Positions 35,803-48,735 of a stretch of DNA of 64,000 nucleotides are shown piece after piece (the stretch's first letter is position 1; each line of letters begins with the position of its first letter). Under the pieces are notes generated by a model. That model had not been told where the DNA came from and made no database searches. It was given only the letters and a program-made list of their open reading frames with translations. Origin of the DNA: Lingula anatina (taxonomy: Eukaryota; Animalia; Brachiopoda); assembly GCA_051362555.1 (NCBI GenBank), contig CM120642.1, positions 12,524,001 to 12,588,000 on the forward strand. Reading direction: 5' to 3'. The position numbers and the translations under genes were made by a program.

Positions 35803-38178
35803 ATGGTTGTAGAACACACGATGGCCTCCCCAGCACCTTCCTCAACAGACACCATGACATCAACGTCAACATCAAACTCAGTAGAAGAGCTTGACATCAC
35901 CATCAACACAAAGTGCAGCCTGTGCACTGAGACCTACACAATCCCAAAAGTGTTAAGTTGCTTCCACACATTCTGCCAGCCATGTTTGGAGAAAATGCAG
36001 GAGATCCCTGAAAAGATCCAGTGCCCCACGTGTCGCCAGGAGACCCTCCTGCCTGCCTCTGGTGTGGTGGGATTGCTACCTGATTATGCTGTGAGTAACC
36101 TGCTGGAAGCCAATGCAGAGATTGGCAACGCCCTGAGCTGCACGGGATGCAAGAGTAAGGACACCAATGCTGTTGCACGCTGCTTTGACTGTGCTAATTT
36201 CTTATGCCCAAATTGTGTAATGGCCCATCAGTTCATGCATTGCTTTGAGGGACACAGGGTGCTGACCCTAGGGGAGCTGCAGAATAAGAATGACCAGGAA
36301 GTCAACGTGGAAAAAAGCGTCACCTGCAGCCAGCATAAGAATGAGATCATGAAGTATTTCTGCAAGGTTTGTGAGACCCCTATTTGCAAGGAGTGTACCC
36401 AGGGGGATCACAAGGGCCATGAGCATGACGTCACCACGGAAGTTGGTGGCAAGCAAGTGGAAATGCTGCGCCACCTGGTGGATGAAGCCAAGGTCAAGGC
36501 CAACAACCTGCGTGGTGCATCAAAGAGTGTTGAGCATTCGTCAAACCGCCTTCAGATTCTGTTTCACAAAGCCCAGAATGAGATCAATGACACATATAAC
36601 TTCTACTTATCAATGCTTGAAGAAAGGAAGCAAGAGTGCCTGAAAGAGCTGGATGGTGTATACAACTCCAAGCAGGTCTCCTTATCAGCTGTCACACAGA
36701 AAATGCAGGACTCCATTGAAAAGCTCTACCAGTCTGCAGAGTTTATCGAAAAGTTAACAAAATATGCCAGTGTGACAGAAACCCTGATGTTCAAGAGAGT
36801 TTTAGACAGCCGCATCCAAAGTATCATAAACTACAACCCAGATGTCAGTGCCCAGAGCATGTTTGACATTGAGTTTGTGTCAAACTACCAAGCCATTCAA
36901 GTTGGGGTGCGCAACACCTTTGGTTACATTCGCCAAACAGCTGACCTGAACATGCCACCGAAGCCACAGCCCATCGCCCGCCCTAATGGGGTCAAGATGC
37001 CTCGACACCCCAATGGTTCCCTTGGGCTGCTGCCAAACGGCACTGGGAGTCTGTTTGAACCCAACCCTCTCACCAAGGCATTTGGCTCCAATAGCAGTTT
37101 GAACAGCTTCTGTACCACCACGTCTACTACCACAACCAGCAGTAATGGCTACGAGAAGTGGTCAAGTGGAGGCTTCGAGATCATGCAGAATGGTGGTGGC
37201 AGTGTTGTTGGTAGCAATGGTGGTGTGGGTGATGTTTTTTCCACAGCAGCCAGTACTACTCTCCCAGACCCTGTGATGGATTTGACCTCCAAGCTGATTA
37301 CGGCCAGTCTATACCCACCCAAGATCTCACACATCAAGAGGCAAAAGATGATCTACCACTGCAAGTTTGGGGAGTTTGGCGTGATGGAGGGCCAGTTTAC
37401 TGAACCCAGCGGCGTAGCTGTGAATGCTCAGAATGACATCATTGTTGCAGACACCAACAACCATCGAATCCAGATCTTTGATCGTGAGGGGCGGTTCAAG
37501 TTTCAGTTTGGGGAGTGTGGGAAGCGAGATGGTCAGCTGCTATACCCAAACCGGGTTTCTGTCGTGAGGTCATCAGGAGACATTGTGGTGACTGAGAGAA
37601 GTCCAACCCACCAGGTCCAGATCTACAACCAGTATGGCCAGTTTGTGTGCAAGTTTGGTGCCAACATCCTCCAGCACCCCAGGGGGGTCACTGTGGACAA
37701 CAAGGGGAGGATCATCATAGTGGAGTGCAAGGTCATGAGGGTGATCATCTTCGACCAGATGGGGAATGTCCTTCACAAGTTCAGCTGCTCAAAGCATCTC
37801 GAGTTCCCAAATGGTGTGGTGGTGAATGACAAGGAAGAGATCTTCATCAGTGATAATCGAGCCCATTGTGTAAAGGTCTTCAGCTACCAGGGGGTTTTCC
37901 TACGGCAGATTGGTGGTGAGGGAGTGACCAATTATCCCATTGGTGTAGGCATCAACCAGGCTGGAGAGATCCTCATTGCAGACAACCACAACAACTTCAA
38001 CCTGACCATCTTCACCCAGGAGGGACAGCTGATCAATGCCCTGGAGAGCAAGGTGAAGCATGCACAGTGTTTTGATGTGGCCCTGATGGACGACAGCTCC
38101 GTAGTCTTGGCCAGCAAGGATTACAGGTTGTATGTGTACCGCTACAACAACTACCAGCTACCGAACATTGGGATGTAA
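35803..38178 (+). CDS. brat: Brain tumor (Brat)/NCL-1-like TRIM-NHL protein, single coding exon, with N-terminal RING
   Basis: 791 aa: C3HC4 RING, two B-boxes (CTGCKSKDTNAVARCFDCANFLCPNCVMAHQFMHCFEGH), coiled coil, and NHL repeats starting IKRQKMIYHCKFGEFGVMEGQFTEPSGVAVNAQNDIIVADTNNHRIQIFD, as I recall from Drosophila Brat. Confidence 0.95.
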   Translation: MVVEHTMASPAPSSTDTMTSTSTSNSVEELDITINTKCSLCTETYTIPKVLSCFHTFCQPCLEKMQEIPEKIQCPTCRQETLLPASGVVGLLPDYAVSNLLEANAEIGNALSCTGCKSKDTNAVARCFDCANFLCPNCVMAHQFMHCFEGHRVLTLGELQNKNDQEVNVEKSVTCSQHKNEIMKYFCKVCETPICKECTQGDHKGHEHDVTTEVGGKQVEMLRHLVDEAKVKANNLRGASKSVEHSSNRLQILFHKAQNEINDTYNFYLSMLEERKQECLKELDGVYNSKQVSLSAVTQKMQDSIEKLYQSAEFIEKLTKYASVTETLMFKRVLDSRIQSIINYNPDVSAQSMFDIEFVSNYQAIQVGVRNTFGYIRQTADLNMPPKPQPIARPNGVKMPRHPNGSLGLLPNGTGSLFEPNPLTKAFGSNSSLNSFCTTTSTTTTSSNGYEKWSSGGFEIMQNGGGSVVGSNGGVGDVFSTAASTTLPDPVMDLTSKLITASLYPPKISHIKRQKMIYHCKFGEFGVMEGQFTEPSGVAVNAQNDIIVADTNNHRIQIFDREGRFKFQFGECGKRDGQLLYPNRVSVVRSSGDIVVTERSPTHQVQIYNQYGQFVCKFGANILQHPRGVTVDNKGRIIIVECKVMRVIIFDQMGNVLHKFSCSKHLEFPNGVVVNDKEEIFISDNRAHCVKVFSYQGVFLRQIGGEGVTNYPIGVGINQAGEILIADNHNNFNLTIFTQEGQLINALESKVKHAQCFDVALMDDSSVVLASKDYRLYVYRYNNYQLPNIGM

Positions 38179-40908
38179 GAAGACCGTGGCCTTTAGACCT
38201 CGCATAGATATCTGTGAATGACCAATTCCCACTGAAAACTTGATTTGCTACTTGATGATTGCTTTTGAATTGGTTGCCTGGTTGAAGAACTCTGAAGGTT
38301 GCCTGGTGAAAGAACTCTGAACGATGCCGAATGATGTCCTCTCTACGATTGGTATCCTTTAAGGGCCATACGTGGCATGTTAATACTTGAGTTTGTCTCT
38401 ATGTTATATGACAAACAACAGTATATCAGTGTATTTATTATGTCCTAGATAAGTATTATTAACACGTTTAGCCATTAACTGTTGTATTGCAGTGCTGTGG
38501 GTGATCAGGTGTTTTGGTGCTCTGGTATTTTATCTGGCTAAGTGTGAACTTGACTAATTGTGAACTTGGCTTAGTGTGAAGTTGAAGGAAAGATGATGTG
38601 ACAGATGTGTGCTTTATCCTTGTCTCAGACTTTGCAGGTTGTTGAAGTTTACTATCTTATCCAAGAAATATTATGCAATCAAATTTTTCAAACCTGGTCA
38701 TTGAAGACTTAAGAAATAGTATTTTAAACAATAATTATCTTAATATACATATAGCATGATGTTTTTGTGCACCTGTTGATTTTTGTAAGATAAAACTTGA
38801 AAAGTACAGTGTTAACATTGAACGTTATTACATATACTCTTTGTTGTTGTCAAGTAGAAAAGAAAAAAAGCACAAGTCAAAAATCAATATTACTCTTGTT
38901 TATATAGAATATTTGCAGTGGGGCTTCACATGTTATTTTCCAGTATTTAGAATCAATTTTGTCAGAACTTGATCGAACTTAACATAGATTTTACATCAGT
39001 TCTCACATTGATCGTTAGATTTTGTACGTCAAACCAACGCCATAGAAGTTACACCAAGTTACCAAGAGAATTATAAGCCATAAATATGAGATTGAAAAAA
39101 TTTTGTTGAAAGAAGAACCAAGTTCTGACAAAAATTGTTGTTGTGTTATGATAAATGAACTACGTGCCAGATGTTGACAAATGTTTCGAATATTATATAT
39201 ATATATATTTATCAGGACTGCCCACTAGTTGCCTAGGCGAGTGGATGCAAATGCAATATCATATTGTACACACGTTGTTGCTAGCTTTCTGTTACATTAC
39301 ATACTTCATAATTTGTGCAATTTGCTGCTGTTGTCATACGTATATATCCATATATATAACTGCACTGCTGCTGTACAACAGATGTGCTGACTGGTTATGC
39401 AGTTTTTTTTTTTGTTTTTTTTTTTTTCGATCATCATGTTCAGGGTCTTTTTTTAATTGGACTTTTTGTCACTAATATTTGGTCATTGATTGCAAATAGT
39501 TTAGTTTTGTATGAATTTGCTACCCCTGCTCATATCAGACATTGTTGTGTTATTTTCACACCAAAAGAGTATTATAATTTATTGCGCCACAGGTTGTCAT
39601 AGAAAGAAAAGAGCAAGAGTAAAACCATCACTGTTAGTTTTTCCCCCCTTTGTCATATTTTCAAGGTTGGCACAATTTCAAGTTCAGCCTGCTCAAAATA
39701 GATGCTAAGTGCGGAAATGTTCTGCAGCGGAAATTAAATCCTTGGGACTCCTCAGATAACATCAACAAAGAAGCTGTATTAGTGCTTATTATCTATCCAG
39801 TGATGTTTGAATTTTTGTGATGCTCGTATAACTATTTTATTTTTCAATGTTGTGATAGCTAGAGACACCTTCTGTTGAAACACTGGTGAAATAATTAACA
39901 AAAAGGTGTTCTGCTTCACAGTTTAGCTACCTCTTCTCATCTTTTTGATCTAGGCAATATTAAGCTAAGGTGTACATAGAGTTTGAATCAAGATATCAAA
40001 TATCATGCTACTGCCATTTTCATAACTTCAGCAAATTCCGAGTGCCAGGGTCTTTAATGCAGTCATACAGGCATCATAAAAAACCTGCTCATTCAAAAGC
40101 ATCTAACCTGCCTGAAATCAAATATTGACCCAATAATATAAGGCTTTTATCGAGTTTCTTGCCCCTTTTGAGATGATGGTGATAATGCTGTTGTATTGCT
40201 TAATGTGTGGAAAGAGCAGTAGCAGGATGATCTGTTGTTTCTATTTATATAAAGTGAACGACTACTGAGTGTGGTGCTTCAATCTGACTTAGATTGCTAA
40301 TCGTGTTTTCCAAAGACTGTTTTTATATTTTAATATTTTTCAGTTGTATATAATATAGATTGTAGAACAAAGATTAATCATGTGCATCGAAAAGTTAATG
40401 TTATGTGTTGATCAGGACAGAGAGTGTCATCAGAGATATTTATATATCATTATTATCGCACAAGAATAAGTCAGTGTAATTGTAGAGCATTTATGTGGTC
40501 TTTGCCTCTCCAGAGAGGGAAAAACGATATATATTTTCACTTCGTTGTTGTTATAATATAAACTAAGTCATAGCTTTGACGCTTAAGAGGAGTGTGAATC
40601 TAGTAAAAAAAATATATAGGCAGGAGATAAACAGGAGAATGAGGTTTTAATCATGTAGTCTTGGCAGTAAGGGTCTGGGTGTTTTAGATGTCGGCTCCTA
40701 TTCACAGCATTATATGGTATCCTATATCAGGGGCAACAGTGGTAGCTGCGGTTCCAGCAAATGCTGTTGTTATTTTATGGGCTCAGATTAAACTAGGAAT
40801 GTCTCATTGTTTTGATATCTGAAAGGAATAAGAGTCCCAGCCCTGCTGGCTCTCGTGTGTTTCTCTACAAAGTGCCCTGATACAATCTGATAAATCTTAG
40901 GGAAGATG

Positions 40909-40954
<46 letters not shown>

Positions 40955-43900
40955 CATGTTATTACATTGAGGTTGTTGATTTTAGGGAAATCATAATTTA
41001 GGAAGTGTTCTATGCACAGCAAATTGGTGCCTAGAAACGCCATTTGTTCCTGGTCTGTTGGGTGTCTGTGCTGGAAATTGGCAGTGCTCCAAAAAGCTGA
41101 GTGGCTTCAATATATCCTTCTAATCTGGTCTGGAAACTTCCCTTGCTGCTGTTGGTGCTTTGTTTCTGGTTCTCTGACACAATATCCAAAGGTTTCTTTT
41201 ACCTTGTCAAAAGGAAATTGTTATGTCCATGTTTCTCTTTTAAACTCACTAGTAAATTGGCAGTTTATGTAACATTCCGTAGCGAAAGGTAGATGATTGT
41301 TTTATTCTTCTGATATAGCACAATGTTTAAAATGTGTGGACTCTTACTGCCTTGCATCATGAAGAAGTGGTAATGATTAGATTTGGGGGGCTATGGTTTC
41401 AGAGCACTTATATTGCATGGATTTGATATAATATATGATAGCTAGAGTTAAGATAAAATGAGAATTAAGTATTGGTGTTGATATCAGCTTAAGGTTGGTT
41501 TATGCAGCATGTTGATTTTGACTACTTCATTTGTATTTTGCTAATGTGTTGAAAACTATGCCTAGATGTGAACAAACTTTATATTCATATATACTTATAT
41601 TCACACATATTTTCCATGTTATCCTATTTTATGATAATAGTGTTGATCTCTATCTATTTGTAAAAAAAATGACCTATTTTCTACCCCACAGAAAAAGCCC
41701 AGTGATTTCATTATATCAACCATTAGAGGGCTGGTTTTCAAAAAACATAATTTTGTGTTTGTGAAACTGCAGATCGTGTGCAGTTGGAGAGTTTATGACT
41801 CATGCTATCAAGGGATCAATTTTCTATGTCTTTCTTCATGTCGGATGTATATCCAAATCTCAGTATGCAGCATGCAAATATTGATTTTTTTTGTGCTGTA
41901 CCTTGCATAGGCTGTTGAGAGGTGGTCACTTTCTTTTAGGGAAGGAAGGAAAAAGGGCATGGCATGACACCATTTGCACAGTTTAGAATGTTTTGTGTGC
42001 GCAGACTATTTTGCAAACATGCATAAAAGTACTGTCTTACTTTATCTGGTACAGGTTGACAAAAACTTTTTAAATGTTACTTAAAATTTTCCCTCCCTAG
42101 TCCCCTCTGGGAAAGTGAGCAGCCTTTGGCCTAGTAAATTGATGGCAGACGTTTTATTGTTTACCGCATCACACCAGGCATATGCTGAATAAGCTGCCAT
42201 GGATTGCCTAGGCCAAAAACAGCTTGTTTGTCTATTTATGCATCACTAAGGCTATTTATGGTTAAAGAATAACATAGGAAGGTTAAGTGATATGTGTTTG
42301 ATATTTGACACTGTTCTATTCCATATCAAGTCATAATAATTCCATATCCAAACTTGTTACATTGCTACGTTTTGTTTTAGAGTGCCTTGGAACTGTCTAA
42401 ACTCAGCAGCCAATCAAATGCTTCCTTACATTCGCTGTTCATGCATGATGCACCCAGTTAGAACTCTGCTCATAGCAATACCTAAGAAAATAAACTGCTG
42501 TGCCTCATTTCAAGTCCCAGTCATTTTGACTGTCTGTTTTAGGAGATCTACACAGAGATGTTTGGGGCATCACCAGTATCAGACTAGTTGATATTGTTGG
42601 TCTTGGTACATGGTTTGATATTGTGTCACAAATTGTCTTATGCAATGCTGTAAAAAAAATACTTGCTGTAAATACAGTTGTTTTAGTGATCCTAAAACAC
42701 CAACACTGTTGGATCCAAAGTATTACCAGTGAAGATATTTGATTGGTTGTTTGTATATTATAATAATCATGTTAATCACTTTTTGTAACCTCACTACCAT
42801 GCAAGTAATGCCATATGTTATACGCAGTCTTCATTTATTTTGCAAGTTTCACAAAAGTATTTAAAAAAAGAAAAAACAATTTTATGCTCCTTTGACTTTT
42901 GCTGGTTCTTAAAATGATCTTGATGTTGAGTTTTATTACTTGTATCCAGTTTGAAATTTTGAATTTTCATATTTTGTTAATTTAGGATTTAGTGTGTTTT
43001 GTTATTGTATTTTATACTTATATATTATAAGCATGGTAAAAAAGCTTAAAAAGAGTGTTGTATTTTTGTCACCATATGCATGTGTTAAACTTAGGCTAGG
43101 CCAAATATTGATTGTTGTAAAAGTATAACTGTGACTTAATTAAATTTTGACATAATGGTACTGGTTTATGAACATATCAAACTATCACAGATATTTTGAT
43201 TTTGGAAAATTAGACGAGAAACGAATTCTGGTTTTAAGCTCTCTCTCTCTCTTTCTCTCTTACTCTATTTATGTATAATATATTTCTCACTTAATTGAAG
43301 CATAATTATTAGGCAAACATGGGAGACAATCAAGATAACAGAACATCTTCAGAATTGCCTTATGATTACTAACAATCCATCCTGGGTTCAAGTAGTATGC
43401 TTTTGTATGGTAACTGTGATAGTTTGTGTTCATAAGCTTTTGTTTATAATAATATTTATAAATTGTTCTATTTGTATCTTGGAATTTTAATCTCATGTTG
43501 ATCTGACCACCCAGGCATATAGAATGCAATGGTGTAGTTCTACTCTCACAATATAGGGGGCAGCACTGACTGGATGATGTAGTTCTCTCCTTACACAATA
43601 GGGGCAGCACTGCTTGATGAAGTGTTTGCTTCAGCCTGCTTGTTGGGTGTAAGTATGTGAGTGTGTGATATTATTGAAGGTGTCTTTCACATCAGTTCAC
43701 TGCATGGGTGTAAATCTATTTTCAGGGACTTTTTATGGTTTGAGAAAGGAACACACCAGTTGATTTGTTAAACCAAAACTGAAATTATGCTAGACATTAA
43801 AAAACTCCAAATATTGCAATAATTCTTTGATAAACTATCCCCCACCCACCACTGAGACGAGGTGTACTCTCAAGATCAGTGGGTGTGTAAACAAAGATTA

Positions 43901-46380
43901 TGATTGTCAGGGTGTCAAACATTTTGAGTTGTTGTTATTGAAATCTGCTCATTGTGGATCAGTATTGTTATTTGGGCTCTAAGCTATGGCGTGTTTTCAT
44001 GTGTAAGTCTGTATTTAAAGTTTTAGATATGATGTTTAATACAATTGGGCAAACTTATCCATGATTTTGATGAGGAAAATTGTCCCCTGTTGTCCAGATG
44101 TCCACCTGGACAAGGGCATGTCCTAGTTGTCCAGCTGGACTTCAGTTTGTGCAGGTATTACTTTGTGTATTGGGAGTTGTGAATTCTCATTTGTGGCCAA
44201 AAACCTTATTGGAAACATTCCCTTTGTTATTCTTAAAGCATTCTTTAAAAAAAATAGGCAGATGTGTGGTTCAAAACAAAAGGAAAAGGAATTTAAAAGA
44301 TTGCCTGTCTGTCCACTTATTCATGGAATATTTTCTATTGCCTGGGAAATCATATTTTCTTCTCCATATTAGCATGTATTCTCGTATTCTTTAGAGATGT
44401 TTATTGTTATATTTGTATAATCACATAAGTTGCAAGTTGAAACATTGTGTTGAAAAAAAAAAGTAGTTGATGCTGCTACAAATAAAAATCATTGCTTATT
44501 TAATACTAAGACTTATCTATGATACTGAAAAAATTCAGGAAACCATATCTCCAGAGTGCTGATTATTGAAATACCTCACCCTCTTCAAACCACTCTCCTG
44601 GGTAAACCAGCAGTTGCCTCTTTTCTGGAACAGAAATCAGTGAATCACACTTTTTAGACTCCCCAAACCTTTTTTATGTCATAGCCTGTGCTGTGCTATT
44701 TTTTACTGTTTTGTTGAAATTTAAACCAAGTGTTATGTTGCCATGAATATACAGAGTTGTAACTCGGTACATTCAAAATTGTTTGCTACAGACTTATTTT
44801 GTTTAGAGTCTTTTAGGGAAGTGGCCTTATATTTAGGTTAAGAAGCTTGTCATTTTGCATTAAAGCTTGTAACTGTCAGGTCTTTCCAGAAATATTTTAC
44901 AGATACATTGATTTACAAAACATGCATTGTTTGAGAGGAATCCAGTCTGCTCCAATTTGAGGAAACCAAAAAAACTAGAGTGCTAGACTATTTGAAGAGA
45001 CATATTTTTAGTATCTTGTCTCAGCAGACAAACTTACACAGTCTTCATGCAGTTGCTATTGTTGAATTGTATTCCTCACAAACTAATCTGGACACTTGTT
45101 GGTATCTAGTTTATCCTATTGACTGTTTATCTTGAGCTAATGAAAAAGGAAAAAACCAAGAAGACCCTGATGACAACTAGATTTTGTATTTACCTGGGTT
45201 TTTGTTTTGTTTCTATTTGGATACTGCCTATAAGAAGTTTGATGTTTTAAGGATATGAATAGCTTTTGAACTAAAGCCTGTGTTACTGTTTCGAATGACA
45301 AAACTTCATCTTATGTTGAATTTTTTCTCATGCAACTACTGTAGCACCACCTATTATTAACTGTGATAAACCATTTTTTTCCATATCATATATTCTTGGT
45401 TGATTTTCAAGAACAGCTGCACTCTTTTTCCATTCTTTTAGTCCATATGCTTTCCTTACTGATATGCCATGGGAAAATTAGACCTCAGTTTCTAGCTTGA
45501 TTAAGGTTTAGGGTCTTGTTTCTCACAAGTGCAATTAGGTGCGGTGATTTCTTACAAAGTCTTGAATCTTCCATATTGAAATGAATCCTTCATGTTCTTG
45601 CCATTTCTACTTCATTATAACTCGCGGTTTTTAAAGTGTTTTGTAAAGCTTTGGTTGCAAATCTAGGTAAAAAAATCATTCACAGGAAAACTATTTGTCA
45701 GTCTTAGCCCATTGTTGGATTTCATATTTTGTTCTAGAAGTTGGGTCAGTGTAACTCTCTACTTCAGATTCATTTTTGTTGCCATGGCGATAATATACTT
45801 TATTGTTTACTATATTTATTTATGAACTTGTTGAATTGTGCACCAGTTGCCACTAAATTTTTGGCGTGTCTGACCAGGCAGACTTGATTAATTTCTCTAA
45901 ATTTCAGCAATAATGGGGCAACTGTCATAAACAGATTTTAAAAAATCTACATTGAGTTCAGGTTTAATTTTGTTAAGGAAAGTTTTCTCATTCATTTTGT
46001 ATACTGCTGCACAAAGCTGTGAAAGGAAAGGTTTTAAGTGAGATGTCTGTACTATTTTCCAGGGGTAATTCTGAAGTAATCTTGAAATAGTCGTACCACC
46101 AGGGTTATTTGTAGTAAGGAATGGTTTTTATGCTTGAGCAACCATTATTGTAGGGAGATAAGATTGACAACTTTGTATTAATTAAGCTATTGGTAATATT
46201 GGATCTGAAAGGACAGAGCATTGTTTAAGAAAAGACTAGTTAAAAATAAATATACTGTTACAACACAATTTATATGTTATAATAATTATGGTTTTAATTG
46301 TCCCTTTTTCATGTATTACAATTTTTTGTTATAAGAGTGTATATGGATGGTTCAATAAAGTATTTTGTTTGCTTGGAATT
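38179..46380 (+). other. Putative very long brat 3'UTR
   Basis: T/G-skewed, CpG-poor, no ORFs. AATAAA candidates at 42489, 44481, ~46245 and 46354 (the last followed by a U/GU-rich tract). CpG content rises just downstream. Confidence 0.5.
40913..40950. repeat. (CT)n microsatellite
   Basis: Direct reading. Confidence 0.95.
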
Positions 46381-47760
46381 TTTTGTGGATTTTTTTCTGG
46401 TATATCAGTGTACTGCTTGAAGGTCAGTAGTCATCAATTCGAAAAAAAAAATAGTTTTTTTTGTATTAAAACAAAGTGAGTAATGATTGATATCCAGCAA
46501 GACAATGTGCCATGTGCAAAATATAAAGAGTACAGTTGTTGTCAAAGTTAAAGATCACGCATTCGCGTTTGCAGTGGGCAAACATGGTAACAATCATCTT
46601 TTTGCGCAAACGAAAAAAAAAATGGAAATTGCATATGAAGCATTGTTTTCATCCTTCAAATGTTTTGAAACTGAAGAGCACAGAAATTATTATCAAAATC
46701 TGTCTGTTGAAGTGTACAAAACTTCTTCATTTGGGAAGTCCTCTTAAGTAATAATTTAAGGGGACAACAATTTACGACGCAGTAAATCTCATGTTACCGC
46801 TACACTTCCTTCACGACACAAGCTTACACCCAGAACATCGGTTCAACCATTTATTTTAAATTCCTTCCTTGAACCGGGTTTGGATGTGGCTGTAAACTAT
46901 CTAATAGTATAACGTTTCTAATTAGAAAAAAAAAAAGACATGAACTTGAAAAAGTGAAACACGGTATAAGCACAATAATGTTGAATCTTGTTTACAGTTG
47001 GAGTATTAATAATTAGGTATTTTACCGTTAATACGTGGCGTATAGCACAGTACCGCACACCGCACTCGGGCATTAAGGGACCTGGGAATCTGGACAGTTG
47101 TTCATAAATCTCGGCTAATATTAAAGGGAGGCAGTTCTACAAGTTTTTTTTTCGAAAAAAAAAACGATATAATATTTGAGTCACAAGTTGACGAATTAAG
47201 TGAGGCATGCTGTAATAAAGCAAAAAAATAAATATTCATGTTAACAACAAAATTTACATTACACGATGGCTATTTTTGGTTTCCACTTTTCCTATCATAA
47301 TATATAAATATTGCATGACAAGACGTCGCACACTTGTTTGTTATCTCACAATAACAGCAACGGGATTTTTGGCACTGAAACGTGTCAAGGGTTAATATCC
47401 GGCTGTTTAACAAAACAGTGGACCGTAAAGCGGATGCAACTTTAACGATGCAGGATATTCAGACTAAGCATACATCCGCCATTCTTGGAATACATCGTTT
47501 ATTGACTCTTATTAGGATGCTAAAAGTTGACATCCTCCTCACTTCTCGTTTCATCTGCTAAGTGAAGCGATTTGAAGCCGTGTTTACTCAGGGAAAGACG
47601 TGTTTTTCTGACACCAAATGCCTATGAATTTCATCGCTGTTAACTATTTGGTTATAGTTTGCATCGGAGCTGGTCTGAGACGCTGATCTGGATTCCAGTA
47701 TAAGAGAAACGCGACAGGATTGATTTAGAATAGACCAACATTACACCATAGAGGCGCGCC

Positions 47761-48735
47761 ATGGCAGAATGCTGGTATATATTTGGAACTTGCTGGTGTA
47801 CCACCGTCTACGTTTTGACGGGTTTATCTGCGGTCGGAAACATAACGACTGTGGCTATTGTACTTTCCAGTGACAAACTAAGAAAACGATCAACTTTCGT
47901 AATACTTGTATTCTTGGCTTTGGCAGATTTCCTTATGATGGCAAGTCTGACTGTGTTTTGCGCCGTCGAACCATTTTTCTCTAAAATGGAAGATGTCAAA
48001 AGGCTATGTATCCTGAGAAACCTGGAGCACTGGTTTAATTCAAACTCTCTGTTTCTGTCGTATCTTTTCATACTAATGGTGACAGTTGAGAGGTTTGCAG
48101 TTGTGCATTTTGTATTCCGTGCTCCGCGCGTCTTCACGCGCAAGAATATTCTGATCGCGTGCACCTGTGTCGTCATTCTCGTCTGCTCGTTCAACGTTTA
48201 CCTCTTCTGGTGGCAGGTGCCTAATTATTACTATCATGACTGCGATTTTGAGCCACCTTTTACAGATATCAAAAATTACAGCTATTACATTGTTACAATT
48301 GGAACATGGGTAATAATGCTTGTGTTGGATGTTGCTATCATGTGGAAATTGCGACGAAATGCGACTGACGTGAGACACAGACGACATAGCCGCACCACTG
48401 AAGATTCACATCGTTATGCCAGTACACACGTCATGCTGATATGTACAGTCGGTGCGTTTTTGTTATTGGTTGGACCACTTCTCATCATCGAGATTATCGA
48501 CATCAATGGAGGGGACGCCCTCATCACTCCGACTACGCGAGAGACGCTATTTTTCTTCAGTAAATTCAACCACTGCGTCAATTTTTTCCTGTACGTTTTG
48601 ACGTGCAGGATGTTCCGCGAGGAAGCGTGTCAAATGTGTGGAATGGGAAAATGTAAAAATCAAGTCTTGGCAGGCACCAGTCGGCGACCTAGTGAGCAAA
48701 GCGGTACCAAAGTTTCAACAAGTACTTCTGTGTGA
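47761..48735 (+). CDS. Intronless rhodopsin-like (class A) GPCR, FMRFamide-receptor-like/orphan type
   Basis: 324 aa with seven hydrophobic segments: TM1 GN, TM2 LALADFL, TM3 MVTVERFAVV, TM6 FLLLVGP, TM7 NHCVNFFLY, helix 8 FREE. Confidence 0.9.
   Translation: MAECWYIFGTCWCTTVYVLTGLSAVGNITTVAIVLSSDKLRKRSTFVILVFLALADFLMMASLTVFCAVEPFFSKMEDVKRLCILRNLEHWFNSNSLFLSYLFILMVTVERFAVVHFVFRAPRVFTRKNILIACTCVVILVCSFNVYLFWWQVPNYYYHDCDFEPPFTDIKNYSYYIVTIGTWVIMLVLDVAIMWKLRRNATDVRHRRHSRTTEDSHRYASTHVMLICTVGAFLLLVGPLLIIEIIDINGGDALITPTTRETLFFFSKFNHCVNFFLYVLTCRMFREEACQMCGMGKCKNQVLAGTSRRPSEQSGTKVSTSTSV

Noticed and set aside
35903-38117. Antisense and alternate-frame ORFs over brat (likewise over UBE3A and the GPCR)
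   Set aside because: Short shadows of real coding sequence.
38176-38196. Stop-codon readthrough of brat
   Set aside because: TAA-G is a poor readthrough context and an in-frame TAG follows after five codons.
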